Shown here piece by piece: positions 62,000-64,000 of a stretch of 64,000 nucleotides of DNA (position 1 is the stretch's first letter; each line of letters opens with the position of its first letter). The notes under the pieces are model-generated. The model worked only from the letters and a program-made list of their open reading frames with translations, did not search any database and was not told where the DNA came from. Both the position numbers and the translations under genes were made by a program. The stretch spans positions 3,836 to 67,835 of the forward strand of contig JBGPOE010000009.1 of NCBI GenBank assembly GCA_041487875.1, written 5' to 3'. Origin of the DNA: Gemmatimonadota bacterium. GTDB lineage: Bacteria; Gemmatimonadota; Gemmatimonadetes; Gemmatimonadales; GWC2-71-9.

Positions 62000-62103
62000 C
62001 CAGACGGCAAGTTGCAAGCGGTTGTCAGTGCCCCAGTTGCCGGAGCGCGCCGGCACCCACGGGCCGCTCCGTTTCTTGCGACCGCTGATAACTTGCCGTC
62101 TGG
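62000..62103 (+). promoter_or_regulatory. 14-bp perfect inverted repeat (76-nt spacer) in the tdk 5' region
   Basis: ccagacggcaagtt (62000-62013) and aacttgccgtctgg (62090-62103). There is an imperfect extension and an internal gccgg/ccggc palindrome. Confidence 0.45.
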
Positions 62104-62750
62104 CAACTCCACTGGCGCCTGACCACTTCCGACTGGAGTCTCCTCTGTTTCACGGTACCCGCCCCGGCTGGATCGAGGTCATCTCCGGCGTGATGTTCTC
62201 CGGCAAGAGCGAGGAACTGATCCGGCGCGTCCGCCGCGCGGTGATCGCGCGGAAGACCGTCCAGGTCTTCAAGTCCCATCTCGACGCCCGCTACGCGGGG
62301 CTGTACAGCGTGACGTCTCATGATGGCATCTCGGTGGAAGCCGCTCCCATCGATTCGTCGGGCGAGATCATGCGCCAGATCCGGCCCGGCACCGAGGTCG
62401 TCGCGGTGGATGAAGCGCAGTTTCTGGACGACGCGATCGTGGACGTCGCCAACGCCCTCGCCGACGGCGGCGTGCGCGTGATTCTCGCCGGCACCGATGT
62501 CGACTTCCGCGGCCTGCCATTCGGCGCCATGCCCACGCTGATGTGCGTGGCCGAGGTAGTCGACAAGTTCCAGGCGATCTGCGTGGTGTGCGGCGGACCC
62601 GCGACCCGCAACCAGCGCCTCGTCAACGGCAAACCCGCGCCGTGGGACAGCCCCACGATCATGGTGGGCGGGCGCGAGTCCTACGAAGCGCGCTGCCGGC
62701 ACTGTCATAAAGTCCCCAAGGCGGATGCTGATCAGACGGCACTGCTGTAA
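62022..62750 (+). CDS. tdk: Thymidine kinase (type II); true start uncertain
   Basis: [28 protein letters not shown] and CVVCG..CRHCH zinc site. Homology begins near 62150, with no ATG/GTG/TTG between 62079 and that point. Confidence 0.85.
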   Translation: MSVPQLPERAGTHGPLRFLRPLITCRLATPLAPDHFRLESPLFHGTRPGWIEVISGVMFSGKSEELIRRVRRAVIARKTVQVFKSHLDARYAGLYSVTSHDGISVEAAPIDSSGEIMRQIRPGTEVVAVDEAQFLDDAIVDVANALADGGVRVILAGTDVDFRGLPFGAMPTLMCVAEVVDKFQAICVVCGGPATRNQRLVNGKPAPWDSPTIMVGGRESYEARCRHCHKVPKADADQTALL

Positions 62751-62758
62751 CAGCGTTC

Positions 62759-62806
62759 TCCGTTATCCGTTGTCCGTGGCGTACGGCTCGGAAAACGGAA
62801 AACGGA
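62759..62806. terminator. Heptamer-repeat hairpin E3 downstream of tdk
   Basis: tccgtta-tccgttg-tccg (62759-62776) pairs with cggaaaa-cggaaaa-cgga (62789-62806), 16 of 18 positions. Confidence 0.55.
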
Positions 62807-62821
62807 CGACTGAGAGCGCCT

Positions 62822-63820
62822 TTGCTTAACGTCGCCCTCACCGGCAACATCGCCGCCGGCAAGTCCACCGTGTCGGGATTGTTCCGGCGCTGGGGAGCCA
62901 CGATCGTCGACGCCGACGCGCTGGCGCGCGAGGCCGAGGCGCCCGGGTCCGCCGTCCTGACGGCGATCGTGCGGCGTTTCGGCAAGGACGTGCTGGCGCC
63001 GGACGGCGCACTCGATCGCGCCGCCCTGCGCGGCAAGGTCATGGGCGACGACGCCGCGCTCTCAGGCCTCAACGCGATCGTCCATCCGGCGGTGCGTGCC
63101 CGCCGTGACGAGCTGCAGCAGGAAGCCCGGCGTCGTGGCGACCTGATGCTCGTCAACGACATTCCGCTGCTGTTCGAGGCGCTCGATCCCGCACAGTTCG
63201 ACGTTGTGGTGCTGGTGGACGCGCCGCTCGCGGTGCGGCGCACGCGCCTGCGCGCACTGCGCGGGCTCGGCAACGATGAAGCGGACCGCATGCTCGCGGC
63301 GCAGATGCCGGCCGAGCGCAAGCGCGAGCGCAGCCACCACGTGATCGAAAACGACGGCGACCTGGCGCGGCTGGAAACGCGCGCGCGTGATGTGTTCGAC
63401 GCGTTGCGCCGGCGCGCGGCGTCACAGGCCGCGGGCCGCCCGGGACGCGTCCTGCTGCTCGCGGCAGCCGATGCCACGGACGAAGCCGCGCCGCTCGACG
63501 CCATCGCGGCGCGCTACGCCGACGCGGACGCCGTGGTGCGGCGGGTCACGGGCAAGGCACCTGCGATTCGTAAGGCGCTGCAAGCCGAGGCGCCCGAGGT
63601 CCTGATCGCCACCGCCGCCGCGGCGGAAGGCGCGCGGGAAGGGTGGCTCGCCGCCGGCCGTCCCGGCGAGCTGTTGACGCTCGGCGGCGACCCCGACCCG
63701 CTCGCCGTGCGGCTCGACCTCCGGCCGTGGGGCCGCGAGCGCGCGTTGCTCGGCGCCGACGGCGCGAGCGGCCACGCGCCGCGCGACGACGTGTTCCCCA
63801 TCGTCAACCCTTTGGCTTGA
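62822..63820 (+). CDS. coaE: Dephospho-CoA kinase with about 130-aa C-terminal extension
   Basis: TTG start. [12 protein letters not shown]-loop. The CoaE body spans about 195 aa, followed by an Ala/Arg-rich region of unknown affinity. Confidence 0.8.
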   Translation: MLNVALTGNIAAGKSTVSGLFRRWGATIVDADALAREAEAPGSAVLTAIVRRFGKDVLAPDGALDRAALRGKVMGDDAALSGLNAIVHPAVRARRDELQQEARRRGDLMLVNDIPLLFEALDPAQFDVVVLVDAPLAVRRTRLRALRGLGNDEADRMLAAQMPAERKRERSHHVIENDGDLARLETRARDVFDALRRRAASQAAGRPGRVLLLAAADATDEAAPLDAIAARYADADAVVRRVTGKAPAIRKALQAEAPEVLIATAAAAEGAREGWLAAGRPGELLTLGGDPDPLAVRLDLRPWGRERALLGADGASGHAPRDDVFPIVNPLA

Positions 63821-63845
63821 CAGGGGTTGAGCGCGCCGGTAACCT
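63817..63845 (+). promoter_or_regulatory. Candidate gcvH promoter TTGACA-N17-TAACCT
   Basis: The -35 at 63817-63822 overlaps the coaE stop. The -10 is at 63840-63845. Confidence 0.4.
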
Positions 63846-63879
63846 TCGCCCCGACTTTCACAATCTCCGGCGCCCCGCC

Positions 63880-64000
63880 ATGGCGAATATCCCGCAGGAC
63901 CTGCGCTACACCAAGGAACACGAGTACGTCAAGCCGACCGGCGACAAGTCCGTCGTGATCGTCGGCATCACCGACTACGCCCAGGGCGAGCTCGGCGACG
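63880..64000 (+). CDS. gcvH: Glycine cleavage system H protein (5' part only)
   Basis: My translation: [40 protein letters not shown]. Runs off the window. Confidence 0.85.
   Translation, partial: MANIPQDLRYTKEHEYVKPTGDKSVVIVGITDYAQGELGD

Noticed and set aside
63821-63879. Glycine riboswitch upstream of gcvH.
   Set aside because: Only about 35 nt lie between the putative -10 and the ATG. That is far too short for a glycine aptamer, and no conserved aptamer core is seen.

Overview
This is a 64-kb, visibly very GC-rich (about 65-70% by eye, not computed), densely coding bacterial chromosomal segment. I call about 65 protein genes and see no rRNA, tRNA, CRISPR array, transposase or integrase. 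All calls rest on my own motif and architecture recognition; no database search was run.

Content is mostly core housekeeping:
- DNA metabolism: uvrA, a DUF721/DciA-like gene plus gyrB, ligA, sbcDC, hup, tdk.
- Metabolism: coaE, partial gcvH, glpK, deoA, folE, an acyl-CoA ligase.
- Cytochrome c maturation: ccmE-ccmF-ccmH plus a CcmI-like gene.
- Transport and signalling: a ribose-type ABC importer followed directly by a CHASE3 hybrid histidine kinase.
- Proteases: TldD/PmbA and an M23 peptidase.

Genome style: many GTG/TTG starts, pervasive 4-nt ATGA/GTGA start-stop overlaps, and several promoter-like hexamer pairs placed so that the transcript would be leaderless. The taxon is probably Gemmatimonadota-like or a similar high-GC lineage; this is inference only.

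Most interesting observations:
1. Four tandem paralogous single-TM coiled-coil proteins sit immediately upstream of pspA, with a fifth copy 43 kb away. All share an invariant ERxDFxERLL tail, and I cannot place them in a named family.
2. A co-directional nurA-herA-lipoprotein-sbcD-sbcC run resembles the archaeal herA-mre11-rad50-nurA operon. Its HerA has a non-canonical P-loop.
3. A family of hairpins has arms built from tandem G(2-4)A(2-4)C heptamers. One of them lies in-frame inside a coding sequence.
4. CcmE carries CxxxY in place of the HxxxY haem-binding motif, alongside an atypical CcmH.
5. A 146-nt AT-rich element bounded by a 22-bp inverted repeat is a candidate structured RNA or MITE.
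6. A DEAD-box-like protein has lost all catalytic motifs but keeps a DbpA-type RNA-binding tail.
7. A eukaryote-type PTPS-folE-SDR pterin cluster is present.
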